Source of the DNA: Candidatus Thermosaccharophagus tengchongensis
Lineage (GTDB): Bacteria; Armatimonadota; Fervidibacteria; Fervidibacterales; Thermosaccharophagaceae
Assembly: GCA_032161105.1 (NCBI GenBank)
Contig: JAVHTD010000020.1
Length of the DNA: 44,755 bases
Reading direction: 5' to 3' (one strand)
Positions 36,209 through 44,689 of the stretch are shown piece by piece. Position 1 is the first letter of the stretch. Every line of letters starts with the position of its first letter. Position numbers and translations under genes: made by a program. A model generated the notes under the pieces. The model searched no databases and had not been told where the DNA came from. It saw only the letters and a program-made list of their open reading frames with translations.

Positions 36209-37258
36209 ATGATGAAAGCCGCTTTGTTTCTCGGTCCTGAGAGGATGGAGGTCAAGGAGGTAGAAACGCCATCGGTGAAAAATCCGTGGGAGATGCTTGT
36301 GCGCGTCAGGGCATGCGCTGTGTGCGGCTCTGATGTGCGAATATTTCATCACGGCAATCCGAGGGTTAATCCGCCGGCGATACTTGGGCATGAGATAGCC
36401 GGAGAGGTTGTTGATGTTGGTGATGCAATAACGCAATTCAAAATTGGCGATAGGGTGGCGATAGGCGCCGATGTGCCATGCGGCGTTTGTGAGATGTGCA
36501 AGCGCGGTCTCGGAAACAACTGCCCGACGAACTACGCTATCGGATATCAATTCCAAGGTGGCTTCGCCGAATTCATCCTGCTCAACGAGACAACGATGAA
36601 GTATGGTCCTGTGCATCACATACCGGATGGAGTTAGTGATGTCGCTGCAACACTTGCAGAGCCGCTTGCGTGCTGCCTGAATGCATATGAGCTTGCAAAT
36701 CTTTCGCCGGGGGAAACTGTTGTCGTATTTGGCCTTGGTCCAGTTGGCTGCCTGCTTGTTGAGGTAGCCAAGATTCTCGGTGCTGGCAAGGTGATAGCGA
36801 TACAGCGCTCCAAGAGGCGGCTACAGATGGCAATTGAAATGGGCATACCAGCTGATGTGTTCGTATGCGCTCAGGAGGAGGATCCAGTTGAGAGAGTTCT
36901 TAAGGAGACTGATGGTGAGGGTGCGGATGTGATATTGACTGCGTGCGCAAGCGAGGAGGCTCAGGAGCAGGCGATAAGGATGGTGGCTCATCGTGGCAGG
37001 GTAAACTTGTTTGCTGGCTTGCCACCCGGGGCGAGAAAAATAGAGCTTGATTCAAACTTCATCCACTACAGGGAGGCATTCATCTTCGGCTCGCATGGGA
37101 GTGTGCCGAGGCATCATAAATCAGCGTTGAAGCTGCTTTCCGATGGGAGGATAAAAGCCGACCGTTACTTCACTCACCGGTTCTCGCTTAATGAGATACT
37201 TGAGGCGATTAGAGCGGTGGAGGGTAGGGAGGCGATGAAGGTGGTGATATGCCCGTGA
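36209..37258 (+). CDS. Zinc-dependent alcohol/polyol dehydrogenase
   Basis: CAVCGSD, GHE, CGVCEMC...C, EPLAC and GLGPVG. Confidence 0.87.
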   Translation: MMKAALFLGPERMEVKEVETPSVKNPWEMLVRVRACAVCGSDVRIFHHGNPRVNPPAILGHEIAGEVVDVGDAITQFKIGDRVAIGADVPCGVCEMCKRGLGNNCPTNYAIGYQFQGGFAEFILLNETTMKYGPVHHIPDGVSDVAATLAEPLACCLNAYELANLSPGETVVVFGLGPVGCLLVEVAKILGAGKVIAIQRSKRRLQMAIEMGIPADVFVCAQEEDPVERVLKETDGEGADVILTACASEEAQEQAIRMVAHRGRVNLFAGLPPGARKIELDSNFIHYREAFIFGSHGSVPRHHKSALKLLSDGRIKADRYFTHRFSLNEILEAIRAVEGREAMKVVICP

Positions 37259-37980
37259 ACAAGTCGGTGAAAGTTTTCGCCTCGGTGATGTGCGCCAATT
37301 GGTGCAACCTCGAGCGTGACATCCATGAGCTTGAATTGGCAGGCATTGATGGGCTGCACTTTGACATAATGGATGGGCACTTTGTGCCGAACCTAACGAT
37401 GGGTTTTGATGTGGTGGATTCACTCCGCCAAATCACAAAGCTCCCGTTTGATGTCCATTTGATGGTTGAGAAGCCGGAGCGATACATTGACAGGTTCGCA
37501 CAGATAGGGGTTCAGTTTATCTCCGTCCATTTTGAAAGCACTCCGCACGTGCACCGTGCAATTAGACGGATTAAGGACGCCGGCGTGTCGGCGATTGTGG
37601 CTCTCAACCCAGCAACACCACCATGCGCAATTGACTACCTGCTTGATGATGTTGACGGCGTTCTTGTCATGACCGTTAACCCCGGATTCTCAGGTCAAGC
37701 GGCTATACCGGCGGCTATCAAAAAGATCGCCGATGTGAGGGAACGAATTGAGCAGTATGGGAGTAGCACCTTCATTCAGGTTGATGGCAATGTGAGTTTT
37801 GAATTAGCCCCAACGATGATACGATATGGGGCGTGCATACTCGTCGGCGGTTCGTCAAGTATCTTCGTTAAGGGCTTAAGCCTGAGTGAGAGTGTGAAGA
37901 GGCTTCGCGATGTCATAGCGGGTGTCATTGAAGAGAGCAAGGGGCGAGATGTGCGAGATTCCGATGTGGCATTTGCCTAA
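37249..37980 (+). CDS. rpe: Ribulose-phosphate 3-epimerase family
   Basis: HFDIMDGHFVPNLTMG, DVHLMV, VMTVNPGFSGQ and VDGNV. Substrate may not be ribulose-5-P. Confidence 0.85.
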   Translation: MPVNKSVKVFASVMCANWCNLERDIHELELAGIDGLHFDIMDGHFVPNLTMGFDVVDSLRQITKLPFDVHLMVEKPERYIDRFAQIGVQFISVHFESTPHVHRAIRRIKDAGVSAIVALNPATPPCAIDYLLDDVDGVLVMTVNPGFSGQAAIPAAIKKIADVRERIEQYGSSTFIQVDGNVSFELAPTMIRYGACILVGGSSSIFVKGLSLSESVKRLRDVIAGVIEESKGRDVRDSDVAFA

Positions 37981-38001
37981 ACAGTGAAGGTGGGCTATAA
38001 T
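37973..38001 (+). promoter_or_regulatory. Sigma-70-type promoter for greA-lysS
   Basis: TTGCCT (37973-37978)-N17-TATAAT (37996-38001). Confidence 0.7.
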
Positions 38002-38168
38002 GGAAATGTGGCATCCCCCAAAGATCCTTCTTAATCGGTCGCTATGAGCAGCGCCCCGCAGAGGCGAGGAAAGAGAACAGCTATTTACGGATGGCGAGCT
38101 ATTGGTGGCGGTGCTCTCGCAAGCAGTTTCACGCCAGTGAGATGACCAAAACGGGGAAGGTGAAGTTA

Positions 38169-38720
38169 ATGGCAGCAAACGGAAAGAGCCAGAGGTTACC
38201 AGGGAAGCGCAGGAGTGATAAGAGGGAAGTTTTTGAGTTTGAGCCGAGCCCCGAAGTCATCTACATGACTGAAGAGGGGAAAGAAAGGCTTGAGGAGGAA
38301 TTGCGCAAATTGCTCTCGCACGATCGGATGCGAGTGCTTGCCGATATTAGGGAGTCAAGGCGCATGGGTGAGTTCATAGAGGATTCAGATTACGATGACG
38401 CTAAGAAGGAACAAGCGCTCCTTGAGGGGCGAATACAAGAGCTGCAGGAAATACTTCGCCTCGTGCGAGTCGTCCCTAAGAGGTATGTGCCTACCAGCAA
38501 GGTTGGGTTTGGGACGATAGTTGAGCTTGAGGACTTGGATACACAAAAGCGGGTTACATATCAAATTGTTGGTCCCTTTGAGGCGGACCCATTGAAGGGT
38601 CGGATATCATACGAATCACCGCTCGGTGAGCGCCTCATGGGAAAGCGAATCGGCGATGTCGTTGAGGTAAGGGTGCCAGCTGGGTTGAAGCGTTATAAGG
38701 TGGTTGCCCTCAGGCGGTGA
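38169..38720 (+). CDS. greA: Transcription elongation factor GreA
   Basis: MTEEGKERLEEEL, AKKEQALLEGRI, IVGPFEADP, ISYESPLG and P.G. Classic greA-lysS order. Confidence 0.88.
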   Translation: MAANGKSQRLPGKRRSDKREVFEFEPSPEVIYMTEEGKERLEEELRKLLSHDRMRVLADIRESRRMGEFIEDSDYDDAKKEQALLEGRIQELQEILRLVRVVPKRYVPTSKVGFGTIVELEDLDTQKRVTYQIVGPFEADPLKGRISYESPLGERLMGKRIGDVVEVRVPAGLKRYKVVALRR

Positions 38721-38728
38721 GGCGATAA

Positions 38729-40189
38729 ATGACCCCGGAAGAACACCTATACATGACACAGCTTGAAAAGTTGAAGCGACTGCGCGAGAACGGAATAAAC
38801 CCATACTCTCACACCCAATATGCTCGCACCCACACATTGTCCGAGCTTCGCGAACGGTTTGATGAGCTGCAAGGGCAAGCAGTGCGCGTTGCCGGGCGAA
38901 TAATGATGCTTAGGCATCACGGCAGGATATCATTTGCGAGCTTGCAAGATGCAAGTGGAAGATTGCAATTGATGGCGCGAGAGGATCAACTTGGTAAGGA
39001 ACGCTACCTGCACTTTGTTGACCTTGATGTCGGTGACATCATAGGTGCACATGGCATCCTCACCAAATCAAGGACGGGAGAGATATCGGTTGACATAAGC
39101 GAATTCACACTGCTCGCTAAGGCGCTAAGACCGATGCCGGAAAAATGGCACGGCGTAAAGAATGTTGAAACACGCTACCGCTACCGTTACCTTGACTTGA
39201 TCGCAAACCCATCCTCAAGGGATGTGTTCATCAAGCGGGCGCAGATTATCCGTGCCATTCGTGAATTCATGGATGAGCGCGGATTCATAGAAGTTGAGAC
39301 GCCAATGATGCATCCCATACCTGGTGGCGCACTGGCAAGACCGTTTATGACACATCACAATGCACTTGACATGGACTTATACCTCCGCATCGCTCCGGAG
39401 TTATACCTGAAGAGGCTAATCGTCGGAGGCTTTGAGAAGGTTTACGAGATTGGGCGCAACTTCAGGAATGAGGGGATAAGCCCACGGCACAATCCTGAGT
39501 TCACAATGATGGAGGTATATTGGGCTTATGTTGATTACGAAGCCATCATGCGCCTCACAGAGGAGCTAATCCACTATGTGTCAGAGAGGGTGCTTGGCAC
39601 ATCCAAGATCACATATCAGGGTAGCGAAATTGATCTGTCCCCACCATGGGCACGCAAGAATTTGTTTGATGCGATCCTTGAGCACACAGGGGTTGACTTC
39701 ACAACCATCCGCACAGATGACGAGGCGAGGGCAGTTGCAGATGAACTTGGGCTTGAAGTCTTGCCGACGGATGACAGGGGCAGAATCATTGACGAAGTCC
39801 TAAAGAAGCGCGTTGCGCCAAACCTAATCCAACCGACATTCCTGATTGGCTATCCCGTTGAGATATCCCCATTGGCAAAGCGCAGCCAGCAAGACCCATC
39901 ACTTACAGAACGCTTCCAAGCCTTCATAGGTGGGCTTGAAATTGCAAACGCATTTTCTGAACTCAACGACCCGATTGAACAGCGTGAGCGATTTGAGGAG
40001 CAAATGAGGAGACGAGAAGCCGGTGACGAGGAAGCGCATCAGATGGACTGGGATTTTGTCCGCGCACTTGAATATGGCATGCCACCGACAGGTGGACTTG
40101 GAGTAGGGATTGACAGGCTCGTCATGCTCTTAACGGATTCCCCATCAATCAGAGATGTCATCCTGTTCCCATTGCTGCGCAGCGAGTGA
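38729..40189 (+). CDS. lysS: Lysine--tRNA ligase (class II)
   Basis: RYRYRYLDLI, GGALARPF, LRIAPELYLKRL, FRNEG, HNPEFT and GMPPTGGLGVGIDRL. Confidence 0.98.
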   Translation: MTPEEHLYMTQLEKLKRLRENGINPYSHTQYARTHTLSELRERFDELQGQAVRVAGRIMMLRHHGRISFASLQDASGRLQLMAREDQLGKERYLHFVDLDVGDIIGAHGILTKSRTGEISVDISEFTLLAKALRPMPEKWHGVKNVETRYRYRYLDLIANPSSRDVFIKRAQIIRAIREFMDERGFIEVETPMMHPIPGGALARPFMTHHNALDMDLYLRIAPELYLKRLIVGGFEKVYEIGRNFRNEGISPRHNPEFTMMEVYWAYVDYEAIMRLTEELIHYVSERVLGTSKITYQGSEIDLSPPWARKNLFDAILEHTGVDFTTIRTDDEARAVADELGLEVLPTDDRGRIIDEVLKKRVAPNLIQPTFLIGYPVEISPLAKRSQQDPSLTERFQAFIGGLEIANAFSELNDPIEQRERFEEQMRRREAGDEEAHQMDWDFVRALEYGMPPTGGLGVGIDRLVMLLTDSPSIRDVILFPLLRSE

Positions 40190-40229
40190 TAGTTTTTCAA
40201 CCCAAAAACTCGGCACGCTATGAGAAATG

Positions 40230-40263
40230 CTCCGTGTGGAAAACCCTCATACCGCACAGGAGA
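40230..40263. terminator. Possible hairpin terminator between convergent lysS and hemL
   Basis: CTCC-GTGTGG ... CCGCAC-A-GGAG imperfect stem with no clear U-tract. Confidence 0.3.
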
Positions 40264-40265
40264 CT

Positions 40266-41555
40266 CTAACAGCGCATAGCTGCGAATGCCTCATTGATTG
40301 CATTAACTGTGCGTTCTACATCCTCATCTGAGTGGGCTGTGGAAATGAACGCTGCCTCAAACTGTGATGGCGGCATGTAAACGCCCCGCGAGAGCATCTC
40401 GTGAAAGAAGCGCGCATAAAGCTTCGTGTCACATCGCAATGCATCATCAAAGTTGCGCACTGGCGTGTCCGTAAAGAATGGCGTTAGCATTGAGCCAATG
40501 GAATTCACACGCAATCTCACCTTCGCCCTCGCTGCAGCTTCAGAGAGCGCATCGGAGAGCACCCTTGAGCGCTCATTCAATTTTTCGTATGGCTGAGTCT
40601 GCTTAAGCACATTCAATGTTGCAATGCCAGCTGCCACCGCCACAGGGTTGCCAGAAAGTGTCCCAGCCTGATAGACACCCCCAATAGGCGCTACAAGCTC
40701 CATCAGCTCCTTACGCCCGCCATACGCACCAATTGGGAAGCCACCACCAATGATTTTCCCAAGCACCGTCATATCCGGCGCCACTTTGAAAATGTTTTGG
40801 GCACCGCCGTAACAGAGCCTGAAGCCAGTTATAACTTCATCAAAGATGAGCACGCATCCGTATCTCTCAGTCTCCTCCCGCAGCGCCTCAAGGAAACCTT
40901 TTGCTGGCAGCACAACACCCATGTTGCCAGCAACTGGCTCTACGATGACAGCTGCAATCTCTTTGCCGAACTGTCGCATCGCTGATGCAAACGCATCAAT
41001 GTCATTGTAGGGTAGGGAAAGCGTCAGCGATGCGAATTCATTCGGGATGCCAGCGCTATCTGGGATGGAGAATGTGGCGGCTCCCGAGCCGGCTTTAACG
41101 AGGAGGTAATCTGCGTGTCCGTGATAGCATCCAATGAACTTTACCACCATTGAGCGGCGAGTAAATGCCCTCGCAACCCTTATTGCGCTCATCACCGCTT
41201 CAGTTCCGGAGTTCACAAGGCGCACCATTTCAATTGATGGCACAGCTTCACATAACATTCGTGCAAGCGTTACCTCGGCTTCAGTTGGGGCTCCAAATGA
41301 ACTCCCACGCTCAATCGCAGCCTTCGCAGCGTTTACAACCTCCGGATGAGCGTGTCCGAGAATCAAAGCCCCCCATGAGCACACATAGTCAATGAACTCG
41401 TTGCCATCCACATCAACCATTTTGGAGCCAAAGCCATAGGCTATGAACGGCGGCGTCCCGCCAACCGCCTTGAAGGAGCGCACAGGTGAGTTGACACCAC
41501 CCGGCATGAGCTCTTGCGCACGATTAAAAAGCTCCCGCGAACGATCAAGCCTCAT
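40266..41555 (-). CDS. hemL: Glutamate-1-semialdehyde 2,1-aminomutase
   Basis: PGGVNSPVR, NSGTEA, YHGHAD, EPVAGNMG, FDEVITGFR, GKIIGGG and YQAGTLSGNP. Confidence 0.97.
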   Translation of the reverse strand: MRLDRSRELFNRAQELMPGGVNSPVRSFKAVGGTPPFIAYGFGSKMVDVDGNEFIDYVCSWGALILGHAHPEVVNAAKAAIERGSSFGAPTEAEVTLARMLCEAVPSIEMVRLVNSGTEAVMSAIRVARAFTRRSMVVKFIGCYHGHADYLLVKAGSGAATFSIPDSAGIPNEFASLTLSLPYNDIDAFASAMRQFGKEIAAVIVEPVAGNMGVVLPAKGFLEALREETERYGCVLIFDEVITGFRLCYGGAQNIFKVAPDMTVLGKIIGGGFPIGAYGGRKELMELVAPIGGVYQAGTLSGNPVAVAAGIATLNVLKQTQPYEKLNERSRVLSDALSEAAARAKVRLRVNSIGSMLTPFFTDTPVRNFDDALRCDTKLYARFFHEMLSRGVYMPPSQFEAAFISTAHSDEDVERTVNAINEAFAAMRC

Positions 41556-41605
41556 CAGCCTCACCCGCCAATGAATGCCTTCACCTTTAACTGCTGAGGC
41601 GTTGA

Positions 41606-42589
41606 TCACCCTTCACGGAGCCAGCGGACAGCATCTTTTGCGAAGTAGGTCAATATGAGGTCAGCACCGGCACGCTTTATCGCCGTCAATATCTCAATCA
41701 CGATGTCACGCTCATTTAGCCACCCATTCATGGCTGCGGCTTTCACCATTGCGTATTCTCCGCTGACATTATATGCTGCGATTGGGACATCAAAGCGCCT
41801 CCTCGCCTCACAAATAACATCAAGATACGCCAATGCCGGTTTAACCATGACGATGTCAGCACCCTCTTCAATGTCAATGGCAATTTCTCGCATCGCCTCG
41901 CGCCTGTTTGCGTAGTCCATTTGATAGCTTTTCCTGTCACCAAACTGTGGTGCTGATTCTGCGGCTTCCCGGAAGGGTCCATAAAACGAGGACGCCATCT
42001 TTGCCGCATATGACATTATCGCCACATGCTCAAATCCATTTTCATCAAGAGCATTCCTTATGGCTCTCACTCGCCCGTCCATCATGTCGGACGGAGCGAC
42101 AATATCTGCGCCAGCAGCAGCATGTGAAACTGCAACTTTTGATAGCACATCAATGGTGGCATCGTTTAACACAATGCCGTCTTCCGATACGATGCCGCAG
42201 TGACCATGAGAAGTGTAACCGCACAGGCACACATCCGTGATGACGATGATGTCACTGCCAAACGAACGCTTTATTTGCCTCACAGCGTTTTGAACAATGC
42301 CGTCGTCAGCGTAAGCCTCGCTCGCAAACTCGTCTTTATGCTTTGGGATGCCGAACAGCAATATGGCAGGTATGCCAAGTTCAACGACCTCCTCAACGGC
42401 TTTCAAAAGCGTATCTGGTGAATACCGATACACTCCGGGCATTGATGGCACTTCCTGAACAACACCATCTCCATGCTGCACGAACATCGGATACACGAAA
42501 TCATTCGCCGTTAGATGCGTCTCTCTAACCATGCGCCTAATAAGGTTGTTTTGGCGCATCCTGCGCATTCGCACAATCGGAAAGCTCAT
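41606..42589 (-). CDS. hemB: Porphobilinogen synthase (Zn-type)
   Basis: [35 protein letters not shown] and [11 protein letters not shown] 42589 follows GGGGTGA. Confidence 0.97.
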   Translation of the reverse strand: MSFPIVRMRRMRQNNLIRRMVRETHLTANDFVYPMFVQHGDGVVQEVPSMPGVYRYSPDTLLKAVEEVVELGIPAILLFGIPKHKDEFASEAYADDGIVQNAVRQIKRSFGSDIIVITDVCLCGYTSHGHCGIVSEDGIVLNDATIDVLSKVAVSHAAAGADIVAPSDMMDGRVRAIRNALDENGFEHVAIMSYAAKMASSFYGPFREAAESAPQFGDRKSYQMDYANRREAMREIAIDIEEGADIVMVKPALAYLDVICEARRRFDVPIAAYNVSGEYAMVKAAAMNGWLNERDIVIEILTAIKRAGADLILTYFAKDAVRWLREG

Positions 42590-42678
42590 TTTTATCACCC
42601 CCGAGAATGTGCAATCAATTCCATTTGCATAGTTTAGCGACTGATGGCTTTTTGGACAAAGGTCACTTCCAACCCTAT

Positions 42679-42813
42679 GGGGCATTCCTTCCTCTCCAGT
42701 GTAGGGCTTTAGGTTGTGGGAAATTTTACAGTCAGCAGGCTCATGTTACCTTCATCACGATGAGCCTGCCAGTTTCCGAAACCTCAGCGAGGCAAAGGTG
42801 AGGGAGAGCACCT
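42679..42813. other. Long imperfect hairpin (candidate structured RNA or palindromic element)
   Basis: Nested arms TTCCTTC/GAGGGAG, GCT/AGC, AGGTT/AACCT, GGAAATT/AGTTTCC and perfect GCAGGCTCAT/ATGAGCCTGC around a 15-nt loop. Confidence 0.55.
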
Positions 42814-42992
42814 AATTAGCCCTTCATCCCCATTTTTACACACTATAGCCAAAAATTTGACAACTAACTCCAAAAAGCATCGAGCTTTGGTCAACATAAG
42901 AAATATTATCAGACATTAGGAGCACTAAAAACTACCCCTTCAATGGCGACACAGGGCACTTTCTGAAAGAAACACGAGCACGCTAAAGCCTT

Positions 42993-43160
42993 TCAACTCT
43001 GTTGCTCCTGTGACTGAGGGGCTTCTTTTTGTTGGAGTTCCCTCTCGTATTTGCGACTTTGAGCCTCAAGTATCATCTGCTTAATTCGCTGTTTCAACCG
43101 TTTCATCCTGCGATGGCGCTTCCTGCGCAATTCCTTTTCACGCAGCCTGCATTTGCCCAT
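42993..43160 (-). CDS. 55-aa Arg/Lys-rich small protein (possibly DUF6800-like), absent from the ORF track
   Basis: Hand translation MGKCRLREKELRRKRHRRMKRLKQRIKQMILEAQSRKYERELQQKEAPQSQEQQS*. GGAGG lies 9 nt upstream and the ATG directly follows the GNAT TAA. Confidence 0.75.
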   Translation of the reverse strand: MGKCRLREKELRRKRHRRMKRLKQRIKQMILEAQSRKYERELQQKEAPQSQEQQS

Positions 43161-43766
43161 TTACGATCGCCTCCGCCTCAGGAAATTGAGCCCAAATCTA
43201 AGTCCATAGCTGCGCTTCGGATTTGGTTGAACATCAAACTCCAACCTCATGATGTATTGCCTTTTGTCCATTGTTTCCCCAATTTTTCTGAAACCGAGCG
43301 ACTCGTATAGATGTATTGCGCGCGCATTTTCCTTGTAAACATCAAGTTCAAGTCCGCGCTTTGCCCTCCTTTTTGCGGCTTCAATCAAAATTTGCATGAG
43401 CTGTCTTCCGAGCCCCTGATTTTGAAAGGCATCAGCAACTACTATGCTAACTATTGGAAAGTGAGACCGAAATACGCGATGTGTCCAACATGCATAAGCG
43501 ATAATTTCATCACTATATACAGCAACTATCCGAAAGCTATTTGGCGAATCTGAATCGGTGGCAATTCTTTCCGCTGCATACCTGTCAAACGGATGCGGGT
43601 GAAACATGCTGCGACTATAAGGCGAAAGATTGCACATAAATCTATAAAATTGCTCCCCATCCGTTCGCCTAAATTTGCGGACTGTTACCGTCAAGCCATT
43701 GCGCAACCTTAATTCTATACCTTGTTCAAGTTTTTTGTCAAGACTTTCTTCCAATGCCTGAGACAC
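43161..43766 (-). CDS. GNAT family N-acetyltransferase
   Basis: Motif A VADAFQNQGLGRQLM and motif B LDVYKENARAIHLYESLGF. Confidence 0.9.
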   Translation of the reverse strand: MSQALEESLDKKLEQGIELRLRNGLTVTVRKFRRTDGEQFYRFMCNLSPYSRSMFHPHPFDRYAAERIATDSDSPNSFRIVAVYSDEIIAYACWTHRVFRSHFPIVSIVVADAFQNQGLGRQLMQILIEAAKRRAKRGLELDVYKENARAIHLYESLGFRKIGETMDKRQYIMRLEFDVQPNPKRSYGLRFGLNFLRRRRS

Positions 43767-43792
43767 CGCTCAGATCACCACCAAAAATCCCG

Positions 43793-44689
43793 CTAATTTC
43801 CGTTGTTTTTCCCAAAAATTCCGCATCTCCCCTCGGGGCAGCTTGATGCGCGTCTATCCCCTCGCACAGGATGTGGTTCACGGTATGGCAACGGTATGTA
43901 TTGCACCGTCGGACGACGCTGCAAAGGTTGCGGGTAAAGGTTCATGAGCATGTAAACTTCTTCAGGCATCTCCGTTGTGACTGGCAAACCGAGTTCCATC
44001 GCCTGTTCGCATGTTATCGGATAATCGTGAGTCCACCTTCCGTCGGTGAGTATTTCCGCAACCTGCTGTGCACGCTCAAAATCCATTTTGCCCTCAAGGA
44101 GATACATCACGAACTTGCGCACTTGCTGCAGTGCCTTCTCTGCCACATCCGCCATTATGAGAGTCTGGTCTTCAAGCTCGTTGACGCTCTTCATTTTTAC
44201 GGCGCGAAGTATGCTTGCGGCAGGGCAAGTCCCTATTTGCGGATCAACAGGTCCAAGGACGGCATTCTCATCCATGCATATTTCATCGGCAGCAAGCGCT
44301 ATCAAAGTCCCGCCAGACATAGCATAGTGTGGAACGAAAACAGTAACCTTACCTTCATGTCTCTTAAGCGCCATGGCAATTTGTTCGGCGGCTAAAACCA
44401 ATCCGCCCGGAGTGTGTAGGATGAGGTCAATTGGCATCCCCGCCGGCGTTAACCTTATGGCTCGCAATACTTCCTCGGAATCGTCAATCGTGATGTAGCG
44501 CATAATTGGAATGCCAAGCAATGCCACTTGCTCTTGCCTATGAATGAGCGCAATAACTCTTGAGCGCCTCTTCTTCTCAAGCCTTTCCATAAGGCGCAAT
44601 CTTGCCGCCTCAAGCATGCGTTGCTGTATCATGGGTAGGAATGCTGACCCTATGAGCAATGCCCAAAAGAGAGTTATAACGATGTCCAT
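43793..44689 (-). CDS. ClpP-class membrane-anchored serine protease (SDH_sah family)
   Basis: N-terminal TM, then LIHRQE, LHTPGG, PHYAMSGGTLIALAAD, LGPVDPQ and WTHDYPI. Confidence 0.9.
   Translation of the reverse strand: MDIVITLFWALLIGSAFLPMIQQRMLEAARLRLMERLEKKRRSRVIALIHRQEQVALLGIPIMRYITIDDSEEVLRAIRLTPAGMPIDLILHTPGGLVLAAEQIAMALKRHEGKVTVFVPHYAMSGGTLIALAADEICMDENAVLGPVDPQIGTCPAASILRAVKMKSVNELEDQTLIMADVAEKALQQVRKFVMYLLEGKMDFERAQQVAEILTDGRWTHDYPITCEQAMELGLPVTTEMPEEVYMLMNLYPQPLQRRPTVQYIPLPYREPHPVRGDRRASSCPEGRCGIFGKNNGN

Noticed and set aside
35504..36619. 371-aa minus-strand ORF
   Set aside because: Antisense shadow of the two Zn-dehydrogenase genes.
38008..38168. T-box or lysine riboswitch before greA-lysS
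   Set aside because: No UGGNACC antiterminator bulge, no terminator, and no lysine-riboswitch core beyond AGAGG.
42655..42815. Cobalamin riboswitch upstream of hemB (minus strand has AGGTGC, ACTGTAA and CACTGG..GGAAGG fragments)
   Set aside because: Lacks the AGGGAA, the T-loop/CCCGC core and the terminal AG.CAG.AGACC elements, so the matches look coincidental. An Rfam scan would settle it.
43029..43310. 93-aa plus-strand ORF
   Set aside because: Antisense to the better-supported 55-aa ORF and the GNAT 3' end.
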